From an uncultured Gemmatimonadales bacterium (lineage in GTDB: Bacteria > Gemmatimonadota > Gemmatimonadetes > Gemmatimonadales > GWC2-71-9), in NCBI GenBank assembly GCA_963730185.1, contig CAVSQW010000005.1, forward strand, positions 64,001 through 128,000: a stretch of 64,000 nt of DNA, in the 5' to 3' direction. The notes under the pieces are model-generated. The model was not told the DNA's origin, did not search any database, and saw only the letters and a list, made by a program, of their open reading frames with translations. Made by a program: the position numbers and the translations under genes. Positions within the stretch are counted from its first letter, which is position 1. Each line of letters begins with the position of its first letter. This document shows, piece by piece, positions 20,986 through 29,849 of the stretch.

Positions 20986-23900
20986 TCACGGGCGCCGACG
21001 CTGGCCGCGCCCGAACCCCGCGTTCTTGACCCGGTCCGGCACGCCGTTCCACTGCTCCGGCGTGAGCGCCTTCTGACAGGCCGCGAGGGCGTCGCGGTGC
21101 GCGGTTCGGAGCTCCTGGAACACCGGCTGGATCGAGAGCATCAGCCGCTGCGGATCGGGATTCGAGCCGGCCTTCTGGATCTGCGCCTCCGCTTTCTCCC
21201 CCAGGGCCTTGATCTTCGCCGCGAACGAATCCGACACCGCCTGGAGTGCCGTCACCTCAGCGTCGGTCAGGTTGAGGGCGATCCGGATCTTGACGATCTC
21301 CGCCGCGGGATCCGGGAACGCCGTCTCGAGCCGGGTCAGGAAGTCGGCCGGCGTCGCCATCCCCGCGGCCCCGCCCGCGCCACCCCGACCACCGGGACCG
21401 CCAGCTCCGCCGGGCCGCCCACCGAACCCGCCCCCGAAGCCACCCCGGCCGCCACCACGGAGGCCGCGGAGGAAGTCGCGTTGCCGATCCGGGCCGATGG
21501 TGTAGCGGACCTGAATGCCGATTTGAAACGGATTCCGGATGGCGTTCACGCTCGCCACGGTGGCGCCGAAGCGCTCGTTCACGACGTACGTGAACCGTTG
21601 GGTCGTAGGATCGAACCCGTCGACCAGGAGCAGCGTCCCGTCGGGCCGGGACTGCTGTCCCCAGCCCTGGAGATTGCCCGCACCGTGGAAGAGCTCGTCC
21701 AGGCCCGCCAGCAGGTTACTGGTGACGACCGAGATGTTGAGCCGCTGGTTGAGCCCCAGAAAGGTCGGGCGGTAGTTCATCTGGAGATCGAGCGACGGCT
21801 GCCAGGGTCCGACGCAGCTGTTCCGGGCCGCGATCTGGCCGGTCTGTCGCTCGAGGCAGGCCCGCACCCCGGCACCGGTGCCGGCCAGGAGCCGGGCCAT
21901 CCCATCGGCCACCGCGGTGTCGGCGGCGTTCGGGCCGAAGATGAAGGCCCGGTCGTTGCGCGATCCGTCGCCGTTGATGTCGGCGCTCACCACCGGTGTG
22001 TACGGCGCGCCGCTGGTGAGCCGGGCGATGGTGGTGAGCTCGAGATTGTTGGTGACCGGATAGGTCGCCGTGGCAAGGAACGAATGGCGCCGCTCGAAGT
22101 CGCTCCGAGCCCACTCCCGGGCGTTGGGGTCGCCCCCGGTCGTGGCGGAGCTGAAGCCGAGCCCCCCGCCGGCGCCCGCGAACGAGGACTGGTCGCGTGA
22201 GCGGCTCAAGGTGTACGACACGCTGTAGATCAATGCCTTCCGGGTCGTCCCTTGAGCGCTCAGGGTCAGCTGGGTGGACTCGGACTGGAGATCGGAGTCC
22301 ACCCGGAGCACCTGGCCGTACGCCGGGTCGCGCCGCGAAGCGAAGAGGCCCGTCGCGCCGGTGCGAGGGTCGATCGTCGGGGCCGCCGCGTAGACCGGAC
22401 GACCGCCTTCGCTCGTCAGGCTGAACTGCGGGCTGCCGAGGTTGAGGTCGCTGAAGCCGGTCTGGTCCAGGCCGCGGGCGTAGCTCACCTCGAGGCCGAG
22501 GGCGTGGAGACCCATGCGGCGGTTGATCCCAAGGGAGCCCCGCCAGGCCCGGGGCGCGCTGAAGTCCTGGTTGAAGGCGGTGACGTTGGGCTGCCGGGTG
22601 GGAACCGCGCTCAGGGCACCGCCGAGGCACCCGACCGGCACGGACCCGGGATCGGTCCGATATCCCGACCAATCCGGGACCGGCGCGTCGGCGCCGATGC
22701 ACACCAGCTGCGACTCGGTGTTTCCTTGACCAGGCGCCGCGATCGCGGCGCTCACCAGCTGGTTGGGCATCCGGCTCAGGAACTCGCCGATCCCGCCCCG
22801 GAGGTACCACTTGGGCGGCGCCTCCGGGTTGAAGCCCCCGACCACCCAGGTGAACCCGACCCGCGGGCTCAGGTGCAGCTCGCTCGGCAAGCGGTCGGTC
22901 CGGAGGCCGAAGCTGGTGGCCACGTCCTGGTTCAGCGCCGGCGCGCCGCCGAAGCCCAGCGCCTCGCCGCGGAGCCCGAGCGAGAGCTGCACGGCCGAGC
23001 TGACCCGCCACTGGTCGGTCAGGTAGATCGAGGCGTCGTGCGAGGTGCTGCTCCGGACCACCGGTGCCACGGTTCGGGTGAAGCTGGCCGGACGGCCGGA
23101 CTCGAAGTCGGCCAGCGAATTGAAGATGAAGGTCCCGTACCGGTTGCTGGTGCCGTCGCTGGTGGTGCTGCCAACGTTCAGGAAGGTGCCGAGCTTGAAG
23201 CGATGCCCCCCAGATCGGGGGAGCCAGGAAAGCTCGTTGGTGCCCTCGAACGACGTGCTCGAGCCGCTCCGCGGGAGCCCCGGGTTACCGCCGAAGATGA
23301 AGGTGCTCACCCCGGACGAGCCGTCGTCCAGGAGCGACGCGACCTGCACCCGGCCGGCCGGGAAGGCGTCGGTGGCCGACGCCTGGTTGGAGGAGCCGGA
23401 GAGGTAGGCCCGGAACTCGTTGATGACGCTGGTGCCGAATCGCGAGTTCAGGGTCAGCATCCCGCCCCCTCCGCTCGACGACTGGGTCCCACCGGTGCTG
23501 GGCACCGAGAGGGGCGAGATCCGGGTCGGATCCTGCTTGTTGGACCGAACGTCGCCCCGGAAGGTCAGGGTGTGGGCATCCGAGATCGAATAGTCGATCC
23601 GGACGATACCCGACAGCGCCGTGGTCCGGCGGTCGCTCTCGTTGGCCAGATCGACCGGCAGGCCGTCGTTCCCGAGGATCGACAGGAATCGAGCGACTGA
23701 GTCGGGGCTGGCGCCGAGGCGCTCCAGCGACGAAGACGGCGCGTTCAGCAGCGATTGGAGATTGTCACCCCGAAACCGTCCCTGTCCCGATGCGAAGACC
23801 CAGAGCTTGTTCGTGACGATCGGCCCGCCCAGCCCGAACGACAGCTGGTGCTGGGTGAAGCTGTTGTTGAAACTGCCGGACTGGTCGTTCTGGAGCACCA

Positions 23901-24678
23901 GGCTCCGGTCGCGAAGCGAGTAGTTGAGGCTGCCCTGGGTGACGTTGCTACCCGTCCTGGTGGTGGACGACACCAGACCGCCGCTGAACTGGCCCCGCGA
24001 GGCGTCGTAGGTGTTGGTAATGACCCGGGTAACCCGAACCGCGTCCTGCGGGACGGTACCGGCGCCGAAGCTGAGTCCGTCGAGGGTGATGTTGTTGTCG
24101 CCCGGCCGCTGGCCGGCGACGGAAAAGCTGTTGGCGGTGGAATCGGTGCCCGGGATGGCCACCACGCCGGGCGCCAGGGTGGCCAGCAGGGCCAGGTCGC
24201 CGGCGTCGATCGGGAGCCGGGCCAACTGATCGGGCGTCATCGCCTTCTCGGTCGAGCCCGCCGTGGGCGGGTCGAAGCTTCCCGGCGGACCCCGCCGCCC
24301 ACCCCGGACCACGATCTCGTCCAGCTGGGTAGCGCTCCCGCCCGACATCTTGACGTTGAAGACGAGCCGGTCCTCGTCGACCTGACGAGCAATGACCGTT
24401 TGGAGGGGCGCCAGGCCGATCGCCCGGATGGTCATCCGGTACTGGCCGCCGCCGTCGGGGAAGAGAATCGTGTAGCGGCCGCGGGAATCGGTTCGCGCGG
24501 ACCGGACGATCTGGGTCTCCAGCGACATGGCCTCGACCACGGCCTCCGCCACCGGTTGGCCCTGATCGTTGGTGACGACGCCGGTGATGACGTCGGTGGA
24601 TGACACCTGAGCGGTCGCCGAACGCGCCGCGCCGGCCAGCAGGACGCCCACCAGGAGCCCGAACCCCAACCGCGACAC
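20986..24678 (-). CDS. Oar-like TonB-dependent receptor with N-terminal carboxypeptidase-regulatory-like domain and an unusual C-terminal extension
   Basis: Signal peptide, ITGVVTN...TDSRGRY, plug NNITLDG...YDASRG.FSGG, barrel strands, ADINGDGSRND, last strand FQIGIQVRYT. Confidence 0.9.
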   Translation of the reverse strand: MSRLGFGLLVGVLLAGAARSATAQVSSTDVITGVVTNDQGQPVAEAVVEAMSLETQIVRSARTDSRGRYTILFPDGGGQYRMTIRAIGLAPLQTVIARQVDEDRLVFNVKMSGGSATQLDEIVVRGGRRGPPGSFDPPTAGSTEKAMTPDQLARLPIDAGDLALLATLAPGVVAIPGTDSTANSFSVAGQRPGDNNITLDGLSFGAGTVPQDAVRVTRVITNTYDASRGQFSGGLVSSTTRTGSNVTQGSLNYSLRDRSLVLQNDQSGSFNNSFTQHQLSFGLGGPIVTNKLWVFASGQGRFRGDNLQSLLNAPSSSLERLGASPDSVARFLSILGNDGLPVDLANESDRRTTALSGIVRIDYSISDAHTLTFRGDVRSNKQDPTRISPLSVPSTGGTQSSSGGGGMLTLNSRFGTSVINEFRAYLSGSSNQASATDAFPAGRVQVASLLDDGSSGVSTFIFGGNPGLPRSGSSTSFEGTNELSWLPRSGGHRFKLGTFLNVGSTTSDGTSNRYGTFIFNSLADFESGRPASFTRTVAPVVRSSTSHDASIYLTDQWRVSSAVQLSLGLRGEALGFGGAPALNQDVATSFGLRTDRLPSELHLSPRVGFTWVVGGFNPEAPPKWYLRGGIGEFLSRMPNQLVSAAIAAPGQGNTESQLVCIGADAPVPDWSGYRTDPGSVPVGCLGGALSAVPTRQPNVTAFNQDFSAPRAWRGSLGINRRMGLHALGLEVSYARGLDQTGFSDLNLGSPQFSLTSEGGRPVYAAAPTIDPRTGATGLFASRRDPAYGQVLRVDSDLQSESTQLTLSAQGTTRKALIYSVSYTLSRSRDQSSFAGAGGGLGFSSATTGGDPNAREWARSDFERRHSFLATATYPVTNNLELTTIARLTSGAPYTPVVSADINGDGSRNDRAFIFGPNAADTAVADGMARLLAGTGAGVRACLERQTGQIAARNSCVGPWQPSLDLQMNYRPTFLGLNQRLNISVVTSNLLAGLDELFHGAGNLQGWGQQSRPDGTLLLVDGFDPTTQRFTYVVNERFGATVASVNAIRNPFQIGIQVRYTIGPDRQRDFLRGLRGGGRGGFGGGFGGRPGGAGGPGGRGGAGGAAGMATPADFLTRLETAFPDPAAEIVKIRIALNLTDAEVTALQAVSDSFAAKIKALGEKAEAQIQKAGSNPDPQRLMLSIQPVFQELRTAHRDALAACQKALTPEQWNGVPDRVKNAGFGRGQRRRP

Positions 24679-24750
24679 AGCGCCCGCCTCGTGTGGTTAC
24701 GAGGTGGAATACGCAGAGGTCCGGAGAAACGTTAAGGTATCGGTGACGAG

Positions 24751-25377
24751 CTAGGGCCGGCGGAACCGGCGCCGTGCGGTTTCCGCATCCTTCCACACCA
24801 CGCAGCCCTCGAGGTGGTCGTTGACCAGACCCATCGCCTGCATGAAGGCGTAGACGGTCGTCGGCCCGACGAAGGTCCAGCCCCGCCGCTTCAGGTCCTT
24901 GGACAGGGCCACGCTGACCGGGGTGGTGGCCATCTTCGTCAGCGCGGCGTGGGTCAGCTTGCGGGGTCGGTCGGCCGGGGCCGGCTCGAACTGCCAGAAG
25001 TAGCGAGCCAGGGAGTCGAACTCGTCCCGGAGCGTCAGAGCCCGGCGGGCGTTGTTGATGGTCGACTCGATCTTGCCACGGTGCCGCACGATCCCGGCGT
25101 CCCGAAGAAGCCGGGTCACGTCGCGGCTCCCGAACCGAGCGACCTTCTCGAAGTCGAAGGCGCGGAACGCCCGCCGGAAGTTCTCCCGCTTCCGGAGAAT
25201 GGTGAGCCAGCTCAGCCCCGCCTGAAAGCCTTCGAGACAGATCTTCTCGAACAGACGGTGATCGTCGGCCACCGGCCGACCCCACTCGGTGTCGTGGTAG
25301 TGGGCGTAGTCCGGCGTGCTGGCGCCCCACCAGCAGCGGGCGCGGCCGTCCTCGCCGACCGCGAGACCCTTGGCCAC
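24751..25377 (-). CDS. tag: DNA-3-methyladenine glycosylase I
   Basis: RCWW, YHDTEWG, LEGFQAGLSW.TIL.KR, FVGPTTVYAFMQAMGLVNDH...C. Confidence 0.96.
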   Translation of the reverse strand: MAKGLAVGEDGRARCWWGASTPDYAHYHDTEWGRPVADDHRLFEKICLEGFQAGLSWLTILRKRENFRRAFRAFDFEKVARFGSRDVTRLLRDAGIVRHRGKIESTINNARRALTLRDEFDSLARYFWQFEPAPADRPRKLTHAALTKMATTPVSVALSKDLKRRGWTFVGPTTVYAFMQAMGLVNDHLEGCVVWKDAETARRRFRRP

Positions 25378-25380
25378 GGC

Positions 25381-25623
25381 CTACTCCTTCTTCTTGAGCC
25401 GGTCCTTATTGGCGGCGATGAAGTCGCGGATCTCGTCGGCCATCTCCAGAAGCTTGGTCCACTGCTCCTGATAGAGGGTGATCGGAAAGCGGCCCAGGCC
25501 GTAGACCGAGACGCCGCCCTTCTCGCTCACCTTGAGCGAGGCGCCCTTGGAGGCGGTCTTCTTGAGCGCGGCGTTCTCCTGCCGCAGTCGGTCCAGCTCG
25601 GCCTTCAGATCTTCATCGGACAT
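25381..25623 (-). CDS. Small 80-aa hypothetical protein (coiled coil plus SEKGGVSVYGLGRFPITLY motif)
   Basis: ATG at 25623 with a GGGAG RBS; strong codon bias; stop lies 3 nt before the tag start. Confidence 0.85.
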   Translation of the reverse strand: MSDEDLKAELDRLRQENAALKKTASKGASLKVSEKGGVSVYGLGRFPITLYQEQWTKLLEMADEIRDFIAANKDRLKKKE

Positions 25624-25737
25624 CGGAGGCTCCCGTTTCGCTTCTCGAGGGACCGCAAGATAGCGGGTTCCCGGGGTGTCGGGGCTCAACCCGGGGTGAT
25701 ACCTTGCCGACGACCTTGCCAACCCAGAGACCACGCC

Positions 25738-26526
25738 ATGCGTCGTCCCATGTTCGGGGCTGCCGCGCTGCTCCTCGCTCTCGTGAGCCAAGCTCGGGCC
25801 CAGCGACTCGACACCGGGTTTCTCGACCGGACGGTGACCGCCGGCGGTCAGACCTTTCGATACCAGATCTACGTTCCGTCGAACTACCGCGCTGAGGTGG
25901 CCTGGCCGGTCATCCTCTTCCTGCACGGTGCCGGCGAGCGCGGCGCTCACGGCCTGCTCCAGACCACCGTCGGTCTCGGCAACGCGATCCGGCGGGACCC
26001 GACCCGCTATCCGGCGCTGGTGGTCTTTCCTCAGGTTCCCGAGGACTCGCAATGGCCGGGGCCGGCCGCCGACGCCGCGTTCGCCGCGTTGCAGGAAACG
26101 ATGGCCACCTACCACACCGACCCCGATCGAGTCTACCTGACCGGCCTCTCGTTGGGCGGGCACGGGACCTGGTACCTGGCCTACCGCCATCCCGCCGTCT
26201 TCGCCGCGGTAGCACCGATCTGCGGCTGGGTCGGCGAGCACCCCATGTTCACCGGGTCGGTGCCGGTCGTCCCGCCCGACAGCGGGCCGGCGCTCCCCGC
26301 GCTGGCCCGTCAGCTCGCTCGGGTACCGATCTGGGTCTTTCACGGTGAGATGGACCCGCTGGTCCCAGTGAGCGGCGCCCGCGATCCGGTCGAGGCGCTG
26401 AAAGCCATCCACGCCGACGTGCGCTATACCGAGTACCTGGGAATGGGGCACAACGTCTGGGACGCGACCTACGCCTCCGACGAGTTCGCCCACTGGCTGT
26501 TCGCCCAGCGGCGACGCCACCGCTGA
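25738..26526 (+). CDS. Exported alpha/beta-hydrolase (esterase/peptidase-like)
   Basis: Signal peptide; FLHGAGERG, TGLSLGG nucleophile elbow, FHGEMD, GHNVW. Confidence 0.88.
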   Translation: MRRPMFGAAALLLALVSQARAQRLDTGFLDRTVTAGGQTFRYQIYVPSNYRAEVAWPVILFLHGAGERGAHGLLQTTVGLGNAIRRDPTRYPALVVFPQVPEDSQWPGPAADAAFAALQETMATYHTDPDRVYLTGLSLGGHGTWYLAYRHPAVFAAVAPICGWVGEHPMFTGSVPVVPPDSGPALPALARQLARVPIWVFHGEMDPLVPVSGARDPVEALKAIHADVRYTEYLGMGHNVWDATYASDEFAHWLFAQRRRHR

Positions 26527-26538
26527 CCGGCGAGCGCC

Positions 26539-28518
26539 TCAGGGCACCCGTTCGAGCACCACCCGGATGAGGTCCAGCGCGGCCCGGCGGGTGCCGGTCC
26601 GCGCGGGCGAGATCTGGAAGTGGACCACCTGACTGCCGGCGTCGAGATCGAGCTCCCCTAACGGGGTAAGCGCTCCCGCGCGGTGAGTCGGCGCCGACGT
26701 GTCGAACGGCGTTCCGTAGGGCTGGTCGTCGACCAGAAGCTGCACCACTCCTTGGTCCGGGCCCACCACCGGCAGGATCGACACCCGATACCGCCCCGCC
26801 AACGGCACCGGCACCGCCAGGCTCAAGACGTGGCGCCCGAAGTCCGGCGTGCTGTCGCCCACGAAGGAGAGGTAGCGCCCGATCCCGGGCTCCGGCCGCT
26901 TCGTCAGGGTGGCGTACCGGGTAGAGAAAAACGTCACCGGCGACGACCAACCCGGGTTCAGGGTGATCCGTGACGGAACGCTAGCCCGGCGGGTGCGCTC
27001 GGTGTATTCGGTCGAATGCCACTCGGGCGGCGCCGCGGAATAGAAGTAGGTCACCGCCGCGTAGTCGGCCGAGACCGCGTTGGTGACGTCCTCGCCGTGC
27101 TCGATGGTGAAGTCGATCGTTCCGTCGTAGGCATAGGCGTCGCCCAGGAAGAAGCGATACCCGCCGGTCCGGGCCAGCGGGTTGGAGTAGCCGAGCGAGC
27201 CCGACATGGGAAACGAACGGCGCGCGTCCCAGCGGCCGGGAACGTCGTACCAGCCGCCGTTGAACGAGTCCTCTGAGCCGGTGCCGGCAACCACCGTGTC
27301 GCCGTCGATCACCACCCGGTCGTCGCCCTCGAAGAACGGGGTGCCGTCGGTGGCCAGCCCCTGCGCCTGCAGCACCACCCCGACGACGTGGCCGCGCCCA
27401 CCGGTCCGGAGAAAGGTGAACGGCTGCCCGGGCGTGGTCGGGTTCTCGCGGCGCCAGACTGCGTAGAACCGGCCCTCGTCCGGCCGGCGGGCCTCGGGAC
27501 TCAGGAAGATCTCGGCGTGGATGGCGCGTGGCGCAGTGCCCGGCGCCTGCTCCATCTCGATCCGGGCGGAGCGATCGAAGGGCATCGGGAACCAGAGGTA
27601 GGCCGTGTCACGGGTGGCCCCGGCAAGAAGACCCGCCATGGCCGGCCCGCCCCACGCACCCCCGAAGAGGTCGGACACGGGCACCTCCACGGCCGGGTCG
27701 GTCGCCCCATCCCAGTAGATCCGGAGTAGCGCGGCGCGGCCTTCGGCCAACAGCTCACCCGCCGGCGCAAGACGAAGCCCGACCAGCCGGCCGCCGACCC
27801 TGGTCTCGAACACCGTGGTGGGGGCACCCGGCTGGAGGGTCCGGTCGACCGCCCGCCGATCGATCGGCGCACCGGGAGGCGAGCCGAACCGAGCCAGATC
27901 ACCGCCCGACGCGCGGAGCACCGCCTCGGCGCCTTCCCGCCACGGTGACGGGCGACTCGGATCGAACGTCGCGATCCCGGCATCGGCACCGTAGCGGGCG
28001 TAGTTGATCTGGTAGAACTGCACCTTCGGTCCGCGGACGATCACCCGGAGCGACCGGGCGTAGGGAAGCGTGACGTAGCTGTAGTACCCGCCCGCCCCGA
28101 ACCCCACCAGCGGCCGATCGAAGGGATCGTGGCCACCGAGAAAGAGCGCCCGCATCGGGAGCCGGAGCCGGGGCGTCGTCTCGCCGTCGAAGTAGAACTC
28201 GACCGGATCGCCGGTCGGTGTGGGCGTCCAGATCCGGTAGACCACGCCCGGTCCCTTCAGGTCGGCGATGACCAGTCCATCGCCTTCCTTCCGGAGGAAG
28301 GAATGGGCCCCGCTGAAGCCGTCGTCGTTCTTGCCCGAGGGGTCGGCGCTCGTGACCGCCCCGAGCGCGATCGAGTGACGGAGGCGGGGCAGCTCGTCGA
28401 GCCGCGCCAGGGCGCGGAGGCCGACCCCGGGCAGGCCGTCCGCGGGCGGGCGCTGGGCGGGCGCGACCGTCGCGGTGAGGGCGACGGCCAGCGGTCCGAG
28501 AAACGGTCGGAGGTTCAC
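26539..28518 (-). CDS. Exported DUF2961 / GH172-family glycosidase, long form with extra C-terminal beta-sandwich
   Basis: Signal peptide; ADLKGPGVVYRIW, LRIYWDG...VEVP.SDLFG, FPMPF, FFEGDD, GTGSEDSFNGGWY, IEHG. Confidence 0.85.
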   Translation of the reverse strand: MNLRPFLGPLAVALTATVAPAQRPPADGLPGVGLRALARLDELPRLRHSIALGAVTSADPSGKNDDGFSGAHSFLRKEGDGLVIADLKGPGVVYRIWTPTPTGDPVEFYFDGETTPRLRLPMRALFLGGHDPFDRPLVGFGAGGYYSYVTLPYARSLRVIVRGPKVQFYQINYARYGADAGIATFDPSRPSPWREGAEAVLRASGGDLARFGSPPGAPIDRRAVDRTLQPGAPTTVFETRVGGRLVGLRLAPAGELLAEGRAALLRIYWDGATDPAVEVPVSDLFGGAWGGPAMAGLLAGATRDTAYLWFPMPFDRSARIEMEQAPGTAPRAIHAEIFLSPEARRPDEGRFYAVWRRENPTTPGQPFTFLRTGGRGHVVGVVLQAQGLATDGTPFFEGDDRVVIDGDTVVAGTGSEDSFNGGWYDVPGRWDARRSFPMSGSLGYSNPLARTGGYRFFLGDAYAYDGTIDFTIEHGEDVTNAVSADYAAVTYFYSAAPPEWHSTEYTERTRRASVPSRITLNPGWSSPVTFFSTRYATLTKRPEPGIGRYLSFVGDSTPDFGRHVLSLAVPVPLAGRYRVSILPVVGPDQGVVQLLVDDQPYGTPFDTSAPTHRAGALTPLGELDLDAGSQVVHFQISPARTGTRRAALDLIRVVLERVP

Positions 28519-28545
28519 GGCACCATCGGGGCTCGGGTCGGGCTC

Positions 28546-28620
28546 AAGTTACTCTCGGTCCGGATCGTCTCAAGACCCGGGCGGCGCTGGCTTTACACTG
28601 TTCAACCCGGACGATAGCTT
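28546..28620. promoter_or_regulatory. Back-to-back candidate sigma70 promoters between the two GH172 genes
   Basis: Plus strand TTTACA-N17-TAGCTT (28592-28620); minus strand TTGAGA-N16-TAACTT (28573-28546). Confidence 0.5.
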
Positions 28621-28678
28621 CGCTCCGGCCTCGTGATACCGCGGTCATCGTCCCATCTTCGGCCCTACAGGATCGCCC

Positions 28679-29848
28679 ATGCATCGCCTCGCTCGGCCAC
28701 TCCTGGTCGCTCTCGCGGGCTGCGCGCTGGCCGCGCCGGCCGGCGCCCAGTCGCCTCGCCATGAGCTCGACAACCTGCCTTTCCTGCGCAGCTACGTCTC
28801 CGCCCGGGTGTCGAGCGCCGACCCGACCGGCGGCAACGACGACGGCAACGGCCGACACCCCATCGAGCCCGGCGAGACCCGGACCCTCGCCGCGCTCGAT
28901 GGCCCTGGGATCATCACCCACATGTGGTTCACGATCGCCACCCGCGACCGGTGGCATCTCAAGAACCTGGTGCTTCGGATCTACTGGGACGCTGAAACCA
29001 CCCCCAGTGTGGAGACCCCAATCGGCGACTTCTTCGGCCTCGGCCTCGGCAAGTACTTCCTCTACGAATCCGGTCCCTTGTCGGTCGGGTCGCAAAAGGC
29101 GCTGAACAGCTACTTCCCGATGCCCTTCCGGCGGTCGGCCCGGATCACGGTCACCAACGACGGCGACCTCGCCACCTCGTCTTTCTACTACAACATCGAC
29201 TACGAGAAGCACCAGTCGCTGCCCGACGACATGGGCTACTTCCACGCCCAGTACCGCCAGGCCGCGCCGTTCCATGGGTGGACCGACGATTGGACCCGGA
29301 ACGGCGACACGCTGGTGGACCGGCGACCCAATCGCACCGGCGAAGGCAACTATCTGATCCTCGAGGCGCGGGGCCACGGTCATTTCGTGGGGGTGACGGA
29401 AAGCATCCTCCAGAATCAGGGCGACTGGTGGGGTGAGGGCGACGACATGTTCGTGATCGACGGTGCCCCGCTCCCCCAGATCAACGGTACCGGCAGCGAG
29501 GACTACTACCTGGGCGCCTGGTGCTACGGGGGGTGCGGGATCGACCCGTTCGGTAGCAAGCGGCCCACCTTCGCCTACCAGCGCTACGGCAATCCGATGA
29601 ACGGCGGCGACGATCGCGGGGCCGGCTGGATGGTGTATCGCTTCCACACCGACTCGCCGGTCGTGTTTCAGAAGTCGCTCCGGTTCTCGATCGAGGCCGG
29701 GCACGCCAACCATCGCTCCGACAACTACTACACCGTGGCGTACTGGTACCAGGACGAGCCGCACCTGGCGTTTCCGACCCTGCCCCCGGCCGCCGATCGG
29801 ATCCCGCGGGTCATGAACACCGGCGGACCCACGATGGGAAGGCCCTGA
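28679..29848 (+). CDS. Exported DUF2961 / GH172 alpha-D-arabinofuranosidase/alpha-D-fructofuranosidase
   Basis: Signal peptide; SSADPTGGNDD, GPGIITHMW, PIGDFFG, NSYFPMPF, YFHAQYR, WWGEGDD, GTGSEDYY, YRFH, YWYQ. Confidence 0.92.
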   Translation: MHRLARPLLVALAGCALAAPAGAQSPRHELDNLPFLRSYVSARVSSADPTGGNDDGNGRHPIEPGETRTLAALDGPGIITHMWFTIATRDRWHLKNLVLRIYWDAETTPSVETPIGDFFGLGLGKYFLYESGPLSVGSQKALNSYFPMPFRRSARITVTNDGDLATSSFYYNIDYEKHQSLPDDMGYFHAQYRQAAPFHGWTDDWTRNGDTLVDRRPNRTGEGNYLILEARGHGHFVGVTESILQNQGDWWGEGDDMFVIDGAPLPQINGTGSEDYYLGAWCYGGCGIDPFGSKRPTFAYQRYGNPMNGGDDRGAGWMVYRFHTDSPVVFQKSLRFSIEAGHANHRSDNYYTVAYWYQDEPHLAFPTLPPAADRIPRVMNTGGPTMGRP

Positions 29849-29849
29849 C

